Shown piece by piece: positions 22,660-32,819 of a stretch of DNA of 64,000 nucleotides. Below the pieces are notes generated by a model. The model was not told the origin of the DNA, ran no database searches, and saw nothing but the letters and a program-made list of their open reading frames with translations. Source of the stretch: Betaproteobacteria bacterium (GTDB lineage Bacteria; Pseudomonadota; Gammaproteobacteria; Burkholderiales; Burkholderiaceae_C); NCBI GenBank assembly GCA_016704535.1, contig JADIZZ010000007.1, positions 223,866 to 287,865 of the forward strand, written 5' to 3'. Each line of letters begins with the position of its first letter. Position 1 is the stretch's first letter. Position numbers and translations under genes: made by a program.

Positions 22660-23973
22660 TCAGCCCTTGTTGGCCTTCTCGAAGCGCTCGAGCTGCTCGT
22701 TGCCGCGCTTGACGGCCTCGTCCAGCCCTTCCTTGGGGGTCTTCTTGCCGGCCCAGACCAGCTCCAGTTCCTCGTCGACGATGGCGCGGATCTGGTTGAA
22801 GTTGCCCAGGCGCACGCCGCGCGACTTGTCGGTCGTCTTGCGGATCATCTGGTTGACGGCGGTGTCGGTGCCCGGGTTGGCCTTGTAGAAGCCCGACTTC
22901 TCGGTCAGCGCGAACGAGGCCAGCGTGATCGGCAGGTAGCCCGTCTCCTGGTGGCTCTTGGCCTGGATCTCGGCGTTCTGCAGGTAGTTGAAAAAGGCGG
23001 CCACGCCCTTGTACTGGGCGGCCGGCTTGCCCGACATCACCCACAGGCTTGCGCCGCCGATGACGGTGTTCTGCGGCGTGCCGGCCACGTCGGGGTAGTA
23101 GGGCAGGGGCGCGATGCCGAAGTCGAACTTGGCGTTCTTCTTGATGCTGGCGTAGGTGGACGAGCTGGCCGTGGCCATCGCGCACTCACCCGAATGGAAG
23201 GACGCGTCGGCCTTGTTGCCGCGGCCCCGGTACTGGAACAGGCCCTGCTTGGACATGTTGGCCAGGTTCTCGATGTGGCGCACGTGCAGCGGGCTGTTGA
23301 AGGCCAGCCGCGCGCTGGTGCCACCGAAGCCGTTGTTCTGCGTGGCGAACAGGGTGTTGTGCCAGGTCGAGAAGCTCTCGAGCTGGGTCCAGCTCTGCCA
23401 GCTGGTGGTGAAGGGGCAGGCAATGCCGCTGGCCTTGAGCTTGGCGGCGGCCAGCGCCAGCTCGGGCCAGGTCTGCGGCGGCTTGTTGGGGTCGAGGCCG
23501 GCCTTCTTGAACAGGTCCTTGTTGTAGTTCAGCACCGTGGTCGAGCTGTTGAGCGGAAAGCTCAGCATCTGCCCACTCGGCGCCGTGTAGTAGCCCACCA
23601 CGGCCGGGATGTAGGCCTTGGGGTCGAACTTGTAGCCGGCGTCGCTCAACACCTTGCCTACGGGCACGATGGCGCCCTTGGCAGACATCATCGTGGCCGT
23701 GCCCACCTCGTAGATCTGCACGATGTGCGGCGCGTTGCCGGCACGGAAGGCGGCGATCGTGGCCGTCATCGATTCGTCGTAGCTGCCCTTGTAGGTGGGC
23801 ACCACCTTGTAGTCCTTCTGGCTGGCGTTGAAGCCGTTGGCCAGGCCCGTGACCCAGTCGTTCAGGCCGCCGGTCATCGAGTGCCACCACTGGATCTCGG
23901 TCTGGGCGTGGGCGGGCAGGGCGGCCGTGGCCGCCACGGCCAGCAGGGTGCGAAGGAAGCTGCGCGTTTTCAT
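22660..23973 (-). CDS. ugpB: sn-glycerol-3-phosphate ABC transporter substrate-binding protein
   Basis: Tail of ORF 22660..24135. Signal peptide [23 protein letters not shown], then [14 protein letters not shown]. Confidence 0.9.
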   Translation of the reverse strand: MKTRSFLRTLLAVAATAALPAHAQTEIQWWHSMTGGLNDWVTGLANGFNASQKDYKVVPTYKGSYDESMTATIAAFRAGNAPHIVQIYEVGTATMMSAKGAIVPVGKVLSDAGYKFDPKAYIPAVVGYYTAPSGQMLSFPLNSSTTVLNYNKDLFKKAGLDPNKPPQTWPELALAAAKLKASGIACPFTTSWQSWTQLESFSTWHNTLFATQNNGFGGTSARLAFNSPLHVRHIENLANMSKQGLFQYRGRGNKADASFHSGECAMATASSSTYASIKKNAKFDFGIAPLPYYPDVAGTPQNTVIGGASLWVMSGKPAAQYKGVAAFFNYLQNAEIQAKSHQETGYLPITLASFALTEKSGFYKANPGTDTAVNQMIRKTTDKSRGVRLGNFNQIRAIVDEELELVWAGKKTPKEGLDEAVKRGNEQLERFEKANKG

Positions 23974-24142
23974 GGGGTCTCCATAAGGACGGTTGATGCC
24001 AGACAGACGAGTGTGCCGGGCATTTGTGACAATGCCGGTTCTGTCATGGATGCCGCTGCCGGGGCAACGGGGATAACCCGCCGACCCCTTCGCCCTACCC
24101 TGGGCGCTGCCGTGCTGCTCCGCTAGCATCCTCAATTACCCT

Positions 24143-27100
24143 ATGAATGCTCCGCTGCCTCTGACCGCGCCCCTGGCGTCCCTGCATCCTGGCACCGACG
24201 GCGGTGACGAGCGCGAGGGCCCCACCACCGGCGCGCGGCTGCGCGAGATTCCCTACAACTACACCTCGTTCTCCGACCGCGAGATCGTGTTGCGCCTGCT
24301 GGGCGCGCGCGCCTGGGAGATGCTGAACCTGCTGCGGCAGGAGCGGCGCACCGGGCGCAGCGCGCGCATGCTCTACGAGGTGCTGGGCGACATCTGGGTG
24401 GTGCAGCGCAACCCCTACCTCGAAGAAGACCTGCTCGACAACCCCAAGCGCCGGGCGATGCTGATCGAGGCGCTGAACCACCGCCTGGGCGAGGTGGCCA
24501 AGCGCCGCGACCCGGCCGCCGACCCCCAGCGCGACGCCCTGGTGGGTGAACTGATGGCCGCGGCGCGTGGCGCGGTCGACTCTTTCGCAGAGCGGTTCCG
24601 CGCCGTCTGGGACCTGCGCAAGGCCACGCGTCGTGTACTCGGCCGCCACACGGCCAAGGACAACCTCAAGTTCGACGGCCTGAGCCGCGTCTCGCACGTC
24701 ACCGACGCCACCGACTGGCGCATCGAATACCCCTTCGTCGTGCTCACGCCCGACACCGAGGCAGAGATGGCCGCGCTGGTGGCCGGCTGTATCGAGCTCG
24801 GCCTGACCATCATCCCGCGCGGTGGCGGCACCGGCTACAACGGCGGCGCCGTGCCGCTGACCTGGAAGAGCGCGGTCATCAACACCGAAAAGCTGGAGGC
24901 GCTGGGCGAAGTCGAGATGCTGACGCTGCCGGGGCTGAGTGCCCCCGTGCCGACGATCGAGACCGAGGCCGGCGTCGTCACGCAACGGGTGGCCGACGCG
25001 GCCGAGAAGGCGGGGTACGTCTTCGCGGTGGACCCCACCTCGGCCGAGGCCAGCTGCATCGGCGGCAACATCGCGATGAACGCCGGCGGCAAGAAGGCGG
25101 TGCTGTGGGGCACGGCGCTGGACAACCTGGCCAGCTGGCGCATGGTCACGCCCGACGCCAAATGGCTGGAAGTCACGCGGCTGAACCACAACCTGGGCAA
25201 GATCCACGACGTGGCCGTCGCCAGCTTCGAGCTGAAGACCTTCGACGCCAGCGGCAAGACGCTCGAGCGCACCGAGCGGCTGGACATCCCCGGCCGCGTC
25301 TTCCGCAAGGAAGGGCCTGGGCAAGGACGTCACCGACAAGTTCCTGGCCGGACTGCCCGGCATCCAGAAGGAAGGCTGCGACGGCCTGATCACCAGCGCG
25401 CGCTGGATCGTGCACCGCATGCCCAGCCACGTGCGTACGGTGTGCCTGGAGTTCTTCGGCAACCCCAAGGACGCGGTGCCGAGCATCGTCGAGATCAAGG
25501 ACTACCTGTTCTCGCTGGCCGGTGAAGGTGTACTGCTGGCCGGCCTGGAACACCTCGACGACCGCTACCTGAAAGCGGTGGGTTACGCCACGAAGAGCAA
25601 GCGCGCGCTGAGCGGATCGGGCCTGCCCAAGATGGTGCTGCTGGGCGACATCGTCGGCGACGACGAAAACGCCGTCGCCCGTGCGGCCAGCGAGGTGGTG
25701 CGCATCGCCAACTCGCGCGCTGGCGAGGGCTTCACGGCCGTGAGCGCCGAGGCGCGCAAGAAGTTCTGGTCCGAGCGCAAGCGCACGGCCGCCATCGCCA
25801 AGCACACCAACGCCTTCAAGATCAACGAAGACGTCGTGATCCCGCTGCCGCGCATGGGCGAGTACACCGACGGCATCGAGCGCATCAACGTCGAGCTGAG
25901 CCTGCGCAACAAGCTCGAGCTGGTGGACGCACTGGCCGCCTTCTTCGGCCGCAGCAACCTGCCGCTGGGGCGCAGCGACGACGCCGGCGAACTGCCCGGC
26001 GCCGAGCTGCTGGAAGACCGCGTGCAGCAGGCGCTGGCGCTTCTGGCCGAGGTGCGCGCGGTGTGGCAGCACTGGCTGTCCCAGCTCGACATGGTGCAGC
26101 CTGGCGAACACGGCCAGCCCGGCGAGACCTGCTTCGCGATGCTGCAGGACTGGCGCTGGCGCGCGAGCTGGAAGACGCAGATCCTCAAGCCGCTGCAGGC
26201 CCTGCTGGCGGGCGACGCCTTCAAGCCGATGCTCGACGAATGCCACCGCATCCACCAGGAAGTGCTGCGCGGCCGCGTCTGGGTGGCGCTGCACATGCAT
26301 GCCGGTGACGGCAACGTGCACACCAACATCCCCGTCAACAGCGACCACTACGCCATGCTGCAAACGGCCCATGAAGCCGTGGCACGCGTGATGGCGCTGG
26401 CGCGGCGCCTGGGCGGCGTGATCAGCGGCGAGCACGGCATCGGCATCACCAAGCTCGAGTTCATGACAGATGCCGAGCTGGCGCCCTTTGCCGAGTACAA
26501 GCGTCGCATCGACCCCGAGGGCCGCTTCAACAAGGGCAAGCTGCTGCGCCGTGACGGCGCCAGCGGTGGCGACGTTCGCGCCGCCGACCTCAGCGCCGCC
26601 TACACGCCCAGCTTCGGGCTGATGGGGCACGAGTCCATCATCATGCAGCAGAGCGACATCGGCGCCATCAGCGACAGCATCAAGGACTGCCTGCGCTGCG
26701 GCAAGTGCAAGCCGGTGTGCGCCACCCACGTGCCGCGGGCCAACCTGCTTTACAGCCCGCGCAACAAGATCCTGGCCACCTCGCTGCTGATCGAGGCCTT
26801 CCTCTACGAAGAGCAGACGCGCCGCGGCATCAGCGTCCAGCACTGGGAAGACTTCGAAGACGTCGCCGACCACTGCACCGTGTGCCACAAGTGCGAGAGC
26901 CCTTGCCCGGTGAAGATCGACTTCGGCGACGTCACCATGAACATGCGCAACCTGTTGCGCAAGATGGGCAAGCAGAGCTTCCGGCCCGGCAAGGCGGTGG
27001 CGATGACCTTTCTGAACGCCACGAACCCGCAGACCATCAAGCTCATGCGCAGCGCCATGGTCGACGTGGGCTTCAAGGCGCAGCGCTTCGTGCACGGGCT

Positions 27101-28125
27101 GCTGAAGCCCTTGGCGCGGGCGCAGACCAGTGCACCGCCGGCGACGCTGGGCGCCGCGCCGCTGAAGGAACAGGTCATCCACTTCATCAACAAGAAGATG
27201 CCCGGCGGCCTGCCCAAGCGCTCGGCACGTGCGCTGCTGGACATCGAGGACAAGGACTACGTTCCCATCATCCGCAACCCGCAGGCCACCACGGCCGAGA
27301 CCGAGGCGGTGTTCTACTTCCCCGGCTGCGGCAGCGAACGCCTGTTCAGCCAGGTGGGCCTGGCCACGCAGGCCATGCTGTGGCATGCCGGCGTGCAGAC
27401 CGTGCTGCCGCCGGGCTACCTGTGCTGCGGCTACCCGCAACGCGGCAGCGGGCAGTTCGACAAGGCCGAGAAGATGATCACCGACAACCGGGTGCTCTTC
27501 CACCGTGTCGCCAACACGCTGAACTACCTCGACATCAAGACCGTCGTCGTCAGCTGCGGCACCTGCTACGACCAGCTGCAGGACTACAAGTTCGAGGACA
27601 TCTTCCCCGGCTGCCGCATCGTCGACATCCACGAATACCTTCTTGAGAAGGGCATCACCCTGAATGCCGACAACGCCGCCGGCTACCTCTATCACGACCC
27701 CTGCCACAGCCCGATGAAGCTGCAGGAGCCGATGAAGACCGTGAAGGCGCTGGTCGGCCCGAACGTGCTGAAGAACGAGCGCTGCTGCGGCGAGAGCGGC
27801 ACGCTGGGCGTCACGCGCCCCGACATCAGCACGCAGATCCGGTTCCGCAAGGAAGAAGAGCTGAAGAAGGGGTGAAACGGCGTTGCGTGCGATGCTGGCG
27901 CAGAACCCGGCGCTCAGCAGTGCGGCGCAGGCCAACGTGAAGATCCTCACCAGCTGCCCGAGCTGCCTTCAGGGCCTGCAGCGCTACGAGGACGACATGA
28001 AGAGCGGCCTGCTCGAGGCCGACTACATCGTCGTCGAGATGGCCCGCGTGTTGCTGGGCGAAGACTGGTTACAGGCCTACGTGGCCAAGGCCAATGCCGG
28101 CGGCATCGAACGCGTGCTGGTGTAA
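24143..28125 (+). pseudogene. DUF3683 / FAD-linked oxidase (GlcD-like) / 4Fe-4S + CCG (GlcF-like) fusion oxidoreductase, interrupted by two +1 frame breaks
   Basis: Three consecutive ORFs (24143..25525, 25410..27875, 27883..28125) read as one protein if one G is removed from the GGG at 25313-25315 and one G from the GGGG at 27869-27872. N-terminal [16 protein letters not shown] (DUF3683), a FAD-binding domain, Cys clusters [11 protein letters not shown] and [18 protein letters not shown], and the C-terminal TSCPSCLQGL...GGIERVLV. Whether it is a true pseudogene, a sequencing error or a recoding event cannot be decided from the sequence. Confidence 0.75.
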
Positions 28126-28135
28126 TCGAGATCTC

Positions 28136-28540
28136 ATGGAAACCACACCGCAGCCCACCGCCCTCACCGTCCACCAGGCCTCTCGTGTGCTGGAGGTCAG
28201 CTTCGACGACGGCAACACCTACCGCATCCCCTTCGAGCTGATGCGCGTGTACTCGCCCTCGGCCGAGGTGCAGGGTCACGGCCCCGGGCAGGAGGTGCTG
28301 CAGACCGGCAAGCGCGAGGTCGAGATCGTCGAGATCACGCCCGTGGGCCACTACGCCGTGCAGCCACGCTTCTCCGACGGCCACGACACCGGCATCTTTT
28401 CGTGGAGTTACCTCTACCAGCTGGGCAGCGAAGCGGCCGACCGCTGGCGGCGCTACGAAGAACGGCTGAAAGAAGCCGGCATGAGCCGCGATGCACCGAT
28501 GGTCAAGGCCGGTAGCGGCGGCGCCTGCAGTTCGCACTGA
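28136..28540 (+). CDS. DUF971 domain protein (gamma-butyrobetaine hydroxylase-like N-terminal domain)
   Basis: Tail of ORF 28094..28540. [27 protein letters not shown]...[23 protein letters not shown]; the usual neighbour upstream of ubiE in Burkholderiales. Confidence 0.8.
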   Translation: METTPQPTALTVHQASRVLEVSFDDGNTYRIPFELMRVYSPSAEVQGHGPGQEVLQTGKREVEIVEITPVGHYAVQPRFSDGHDTGIFSWSYLYQLGSEAADRWRRYEERLKEAGMSRDAPMVKAGSGGACSSH

Positions 28541-28560
28541 ATCGGAAAGCGAAACACGCC

Positions 28561-29292
28561 ATGGCCCAGACCCACTTCGGCTACCAGACCGTCGACGAGG
28601 CAGAAAAGGCCGGCCGCGTGCGCGGTGTCTTCGATTCGGTGGCGTCGAACTACGACCTGATGAACGACGTGCTGTCGCTGGGCCTGCACCGCGCTTGGAA
28701 GGCCTACACGGTGGCAGTGGCCGCCGTGCGCCCGGGCATGCAGGTGCTGGACATCGCTGGCGGCACGGGTGACCTGGCACGCGCCTTCGCGAAGGCCGCC
28801 GGAGAGACCGGCCGCGTCGTGCTCACCGACATCAACGAGGCCATGTTGCGCGTCGGCCGCGACCGCCTGCTCGACGAAGGCGTGTTGCTGCCCACGGTGG
28901 CCTGCGATGCCGAACACCTGCCCTTCCCCGACGCCAGCTTCGACCTCGCGAGCGTGGCCTTCGGCCTGCGCAACATGACGCACAAGGAAGCGGCGCTGGC
29001 CGAAATGGCGCGGGTGCTCAAGCCCGGCGGCCGGCTGCTGGTGCTGGAATTCTCCAAGCCGGCGCCGCTGCTGCAGAAGCCCTACGACTGGTATTCGTTC
29101 ACCTTCATGCCGCTGATGGGCAGGCTCATCGCGAAAGACGCCGAGAGCTACCGCTACCTGGCCGAGAGCATCCGCATGCACCCCGACCAGGCGGCGCTCG
29201 GCGCCATGATGAAGGGCGCGGGCTTCGGGCACGTCGACGTGCACAACCTGGCCGGTGGCATCGTCGCCTTGCACGTGGGCATCAAGTGCTGA
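28561..29292 (+). CDS. ubiE: ubiquinone/menaquinone biosynthesis C-methyltransferase
   Basis: [46 protein letters not shown] motif [11 protein letters not shown]. Confidence 0.95.
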   Translation: MAQTHFGYQTVDEAEKAGRVRGVFDSVASNYDLMNDVLSLGLHRAWKAYTVAVAAVRPGMQVLDIAGGTGDLARAFAKAAGETGRVVLTDINEAMLRVGRDRLLDEGVLLPTVACDAEHLPFPDASFDLASVAFGLRNMTHKEAALAEMARVLKPGGRLLVLEFSKPAPLLQKPYDWYSFTFMPLMGRLIAKDAESYRYLAESIRMHPDQAALGAMMKGAGFGHVDVHNLAGGIVALHVGIKC

Positions 29293-29735
29293 ACCGCCTT
29301 CGGCGCCTGCGTCATGCGGCGCGCTGGCGCCGTGCAAGGCCGGTCCAGGCCGGGGCTGACTTGCCCCAAGGCGCCGAGGTCGATGAACTGCTGCAACTGG
29401 CACGCCAGAGCTTCTTGCACCTGCAGGCCGCCTGGGACCGGGCCGACCTCGGTGCCCTGGGTCATCTGGCCACGGCGCCGCTGCTGGAAGACCTGCGCCG
29501 CCAACTCGGGCAGCGCGGTCCCGGCCCCAACCACACCGAGGTGCTGCAACTCGACGCGCGGCTGCTGTCGCTGGATGATCTGCAGGATGCGCTGATCGCC
29601 AGCGTCGAGTTCACGGGCCTGATCCGCGAGCAGCAGGAGCGCGCGGCGATGCCGTTCCGCGAGCTGTGGCTGCTGGCCAACGTCAAGGCCGTGGGCAATG
29701 GCTGGAAGCTGGCCAGGGTGCAGTCGCTGTCTTGA
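29286..29735 (+). CDS. Tim44-like domain protein (short form)
   Basis: GTG start overlapping the ubiE stop. [24 protein letters not shown]...FRELWLL...GWKLARVQ resembles the C-terminal Tim44-like domain normally found after ubiE. No N-terminal membrane anchor is present. Confidence 0.6.
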   Translation: MLNRLRRLRHAARWRRARPVQAGADLPQGAEVDELLQLARQSFLHLQAAWDRADLGALGHLATAPLLEDLRRQLGQRGPGPNHTEVLQLDARLLSLDDLQDALIASVEFTGLIREQQERAAMPFRELWLLANVKAVGNGWKLARVQSLS

Positions 29736-29905
29736 CCTGCGCCGTCCAGGGGCCCCGTCTTTTCGCGCTCCTGGCAGGCGGCTGCCCATGGGCCAGCAGT
29801 AAACTCGACTGCCCTGCAAGGGTGCAGCACCGGCCTGCCTGAGACCTGCGCTGGCACCGCATACGCCAAGCGCGCTGCCACCGCGAAACCCCAAGGATCC
29901 AACGC

Positions 29906-30850
29906 ATGAACCCGAGCTTGCCCGACACTTTCATCCCGAGCCGCCAGGGGAGTCGCCTGCTGGCAGTTCTGGTCAGCGCCTTGCTGCTGGCCGCCTGTGG
30001 CGGGGGCGAAAAGGGCGCGAGCCAGACCGCCGCCAGGGTCAACAAGGACGAGATCACCGTCCAACAGATCAACTTCGTGCTGCAGCAGCAGCGCGGGCTG
30101 AAGCCCGAGCAGGCCGACGCCGCCAGCCGCCAGATCCTCGAGCGCCTGATCGACCAGCAGCTGGCACAGCAGAAGGCCGACGACCTGAAGCTCGACCGCG
30201 ATGCCCGCGTGGTTCAGCAGCTCGAGGCGGCGCGGCGCGAGATTCTGGCCCGCGCCTACACCGAGAAGGTCGGTGAAGCCGCGCCCAAGCCCACGCCCGA
30301 AGAGATCAAGAAGTACTACGACGAGAAGCCGGCGCTGTTCCGCGAACGCCGCGTCTACAGCATCCAGGAAATCGCCATCGAAGCCACGCCGGCGCAGCTG
30401 CCCGAGCTGCGCGACAAGCTGGCTGCTTCGGCCAACATCAATGAGTTCATCGAGTTCCTGAAGGCCAAGGAATTGCGCTTCAATGGCAACCAGGCCGTGC
30501 GCGCTGCCGAGCAGCTGCCGCTGAACAGCCTGGACACCTTCGCCCGCATGAAGGATGGCCAGGCCCTCATCGTGCCCACCGCCACCGGTGCACAGGTGGT
30601 CGTGCTGGCTGGTTCACGCAGCCAGCCGGTGGGTGAGGAGCAGGCGCGGCCCGCCATCGAGCAGTACCTGCTGAACGAACGCAAACGCAAGCTGGTGGAA
30701 GACGACGTCAAGGCGCTGCGCGCCGCGGCCAAGCTGGAGTACGTCGGCAAGTTCGCAGAGGCCGCCGCCTCGGCCCCGGCCCCTTCGGCACCGGCAGCCA
30801 GCGCTGGGCTGTCGGCCCCTGACGGCAACAAAGGCACGGACCTGAAGTGA
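29906..30850 (+). CDS. EpsD-family peptidyl-prolyl cis-trans isomerase-like lipoprotein (exopolysaccharide / PEP-CTERM associated family)
   Basis: Lipobox LLLAAC. VNKDEITVQQINFVLQQQ and the overall SurA/PpiD-like layout are recalled from EpsD-family annotations. Not verified by HMM. Confidence 0.6.
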   Translation: MNPSLPDTFIPSRQGSRLLAVLVSALLLAACGGGEKGASQTAARVNKDEITVQQINFVLQQQRGLKPEQADAASRQILERLIDQQLAQQKADDLKLDRDARVVQQLEAARREILARAYTEKVGEAAPKPTPEEIKKYYDEKPALFRERRVYSIQEIAIEATPAQLPELRDKLAASANINEFIEFLKAKELRFNGNQAVRAAEQLPLNSLDTFARMKDGQALIVPTATGAQVVVLAGSRSQPVGEEQARPAIEQYLLNERKRKLVEDDVKALRAAAKLEYVGKFAEAAASAPAPSAPAASAGLSAPDGNKGTDLK

Positions 30851-31062
30851 CAGCCGCGCTGCGGCCGACCCTCGGCTCGCTTTGCGGTTATATTACGGGG
30901 GTAGATTTGAGCAAGACAGTTTTTGAGACAGTGTTCGGTGTGCCCCGTGCTTGCCCTTCAGGGTGGCCGGGAGTCGGCGGATTTCTTGATCGGTGATTCT
31001 TCTTGGCCCGCATCTGCACTGCGACAGCATGTGCTGCGCAGCAACCGTGAAAGGAATTCAGT

Positions 31063-31275
31063 ATGACTACGCAAACCGGCATCGTGAAGTGGTTCGACGA
31101 CGGCAAGGGCTTCGGTTTCATCACCCCCGACGGTGGTGGCAAGGATCTCTTCGCCCACTTCAGCGAAATCCAATCCACCGGCGGCTTCCGCAGCCTGGCC
31201 GAAGGCCAGAAGGTGGAGTTCGAGGTGAAGCAGGGCCAGAAGGGCCCGCAAGCCGCAGGCATCAAGTCGATCTGA
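31063..31275 (+). CDS. cspA: cold-shock protein, CspA family
   Basis: [31 protein letters not shown] (RNP1/RNP2 motifs), 70 aa. Confidence 0.95.
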   Translation: MTTQTGIVKWFDDGKGFGFITPDGGGKDLFAHFSEIQSTGGFRSLAEGQKVEFEVKQGQKGPQAAGIKSI

Positions 31276-31287
31276 TCGACTCGGCAG

Positions 31288-31343
31288 TCAGGGACTTCGG
31301 TCCCTGAGCCACCAAGAACCGCAGCCTCCGCTGCGGTTTTTTT
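31288..31343. terminator. tandem hairpins; the second is a bidirectional Rho-independent terminator shared by csp (+) and rfbC (-)
   Basis: Hairpin 1: tcagggac/ttcg/gtccctga (31288-31307). Hairpin 2: aaccgcagc/ctcc/gctgcggtt followed by a T-run (31317-31343). The rfbC stop codon lies within the T-run at 31342-31344. Confidence 0.8.
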
Positions 31344-31920
31344 ACGCCTGCTCGGGCCGTGCCACTTCGGCCAGCAAGGGCGCGGCGGCGTCTTTGGGCG
31401 CCAGCAAAGGCGCGGACATGCCTGCCGGCAGCGGCCAGACGATACCGATGGCCGGGTCGTCGTATCGGATGCTGCCTTCGCAGTCCTTGGCGTAGACGTC
31501 GGTGGTCTTGTAGAGGAAGTGCGTGTCGTCCTGCAGCGCGATGAATCCGTGCGCAAATCCTTCCGGTATCCACATCTGGCGTCTGTTGTGTGCGTTCAGC
31601 TCGGCGCCCGTCCAGCGGCCGAAGGTGGGCGAGCCGGGGCGGATGTCCACCGCGACGTCGTAGGCCGCGCCCTTGACCACACGCACCAGCTTGCCCTGCG
31701 CATGGGGCGGGCGCTGGAAATGCAGCCCGCGCAGCACGCCGGCCTTGCTGCACGAATGGTTGTCTTGCACGAACGTGCGCGGCGCGGGCAGGCCCATCGC
31801 GGCCAGCATGGCGTGGAAGCGCGGTTCGTTGTAGCTCTCGGTGAACCAGCCCCGGTCGTCGGTGAAGACGGCAGGCTCGACGATCAGGACGCCGGGCAGG
31901 TCGGTCGGAATCAGCTTCAC
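31342..31920 (-). CDS. rfbC: dTDP-4-dehydrorhamnose 3,5-epimerase
   Basis: Tail of ORF 31342..32139. A GTG start at 31920 gives (M)KLIPTDLPGVLIVEPAVFTDDRGWFTESYN...GLHFQ. Confidence 0.92.
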   Translation of the reverse strand: MKLIPTDLPGVLIVEPAVFTDDRGWFTESYNEPRFHAMLAAMGLPAPRTFVQDNHSCSKAGVLRGLHFQRPPHAQGKLVRVVKGAAYDVAVDIRPGSPTFGRWTGAELNAHNRRQMWIPEGFAHGFIALQDDTHFLYKTTDVYAKDCEGSIRYDDPAIGIVWPLPAGMSAPLLAPKDAAAPLLAEVARPEQA

Positions 31921-31922
31921 GA

Positions 31923-32804
31923 TCAGAACGCCCGCTCGCGCAGCACCTGCATCAGGTACTGGCCGTAGCTGTTCTTCAGCATCGGCGCGGCCAACGCCTC
32001 GAGCTGCGCGGCGCCTATCCAACCGGCACGGTAAGCGATCTCCTCCGGGCAGGCCACCTTCAGGCCCTGGCGCTTCTCGAGCGTGGCGATGAACTGTCCG
32101 GCTTCCATCAGGCTGTCGTGCGTGCCGGTGTCGAGCCACGCATAACCCCGCCCCATGATCTCGACCTCGAGTTGGCCCTGGTTCAGGTACTGCGCGTTGA
32201 CGGTGGTGATCTCGAGTTCACCGCGCGCACTGGGCTTGATGGATGCTGCGATGTCGCAGACCTGCTCGTCGTAGAAGTACAGGCCCGTCACCGCGTAGTT
32301 GCTCTTCGGTGCCTTGGGCTTTTCCTCGATGCTGAGCGCATGCTTGTTGGCGTCGAACTCGACCACGCCGTACCGTTCGGGGTCGTTGACGTGGTAAGCG
32401 AAGACCGTGGCGCCCGCGGTGCGCTTGTCGGCCCGCGACAGCAACTGCGCGAAGTCATGACCGAAGTAGATGTTGTCGCCCAGCACCAGCGCGCTGGGCC
32501 CGCCGCCGACGAAGGTGCGGCCCAGGATGAAGGCCTGCGCCAGGCCGTCGGGGCTGGGCTGCACGCAATAACTCAGTTGCATGCCCCACTTGCTGCCGTC
32601 GCCCAGCAGGGCCTGGAAGCGCGGCGTGTCCTGCGGCGTGCTGATGATCAGCACCTCGCGCATGCCCGCCAGCATCAGCGTGCTGAGCGGGTAGTAGACC
32701 ATCGGCTTGTCGTAGACCGGCAGCAACTGCTTGCTGATCGCCAGCGTGGCCGGGTGCAGTCGGGTACCGGAGCCACCGGCCAGGATGATGCCTTTGCGTT
32801 GCAT
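31923..32804 (-). CDS. rfbA: glucose-1-phosphate thymidylyltransferase
   Basis: [41 protein letters not shown]. Confidence 0.96.
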   Translation of the reverse strand: MQRKGIILAGGSGTRLHPATLAISKQLLPVYDKPMVYYPLSTLMLAGMREVLIISTPQDTPRFQALLGDGSKWGMQLSYCVQPSPDGLAQAFILGRTFVGGGPSALVLGDNIYFGHDFAQLLSRADKRTAGATVFAYHVNDPERYGVVEFDANKHALSIEEKPKAPKSNYAVTGLYFYDEQVCDIAASIKPSARGELEITTVNAQYLNQGQLEVEIMGRGYAWLDTGTHDSLMEAGQFIATLEKRQGLKVACPEEIAYRAGWIGAAQLEALAAPMLKNSYGQYLMQVLRERAF

Positions 32805-32819
32805 GAGAGTCCTTCGTCG

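Noticed and set aside
23974-24142. Possible Pho box upstream of ugpB (TGTGACA at 24025-24031 and CTGTCAT at 24041-24047)
   Set aside because: The two TGTCA-like elements are on opposite strands and 10 nt apart. They are not the direct 7-bp repeats with 11-bp periodicity expected for PhoB. Evidence is insufficient to call.
25173-27950. 925-aa minus-strand ORF, with similar cases at 6258..8084, 37720..39315 and 40721..42553
   Set aside because: All are antisense shadows of strongly supported genes (the oxidoreductase, petB, ubiB and aspS) with low-complexity translations.
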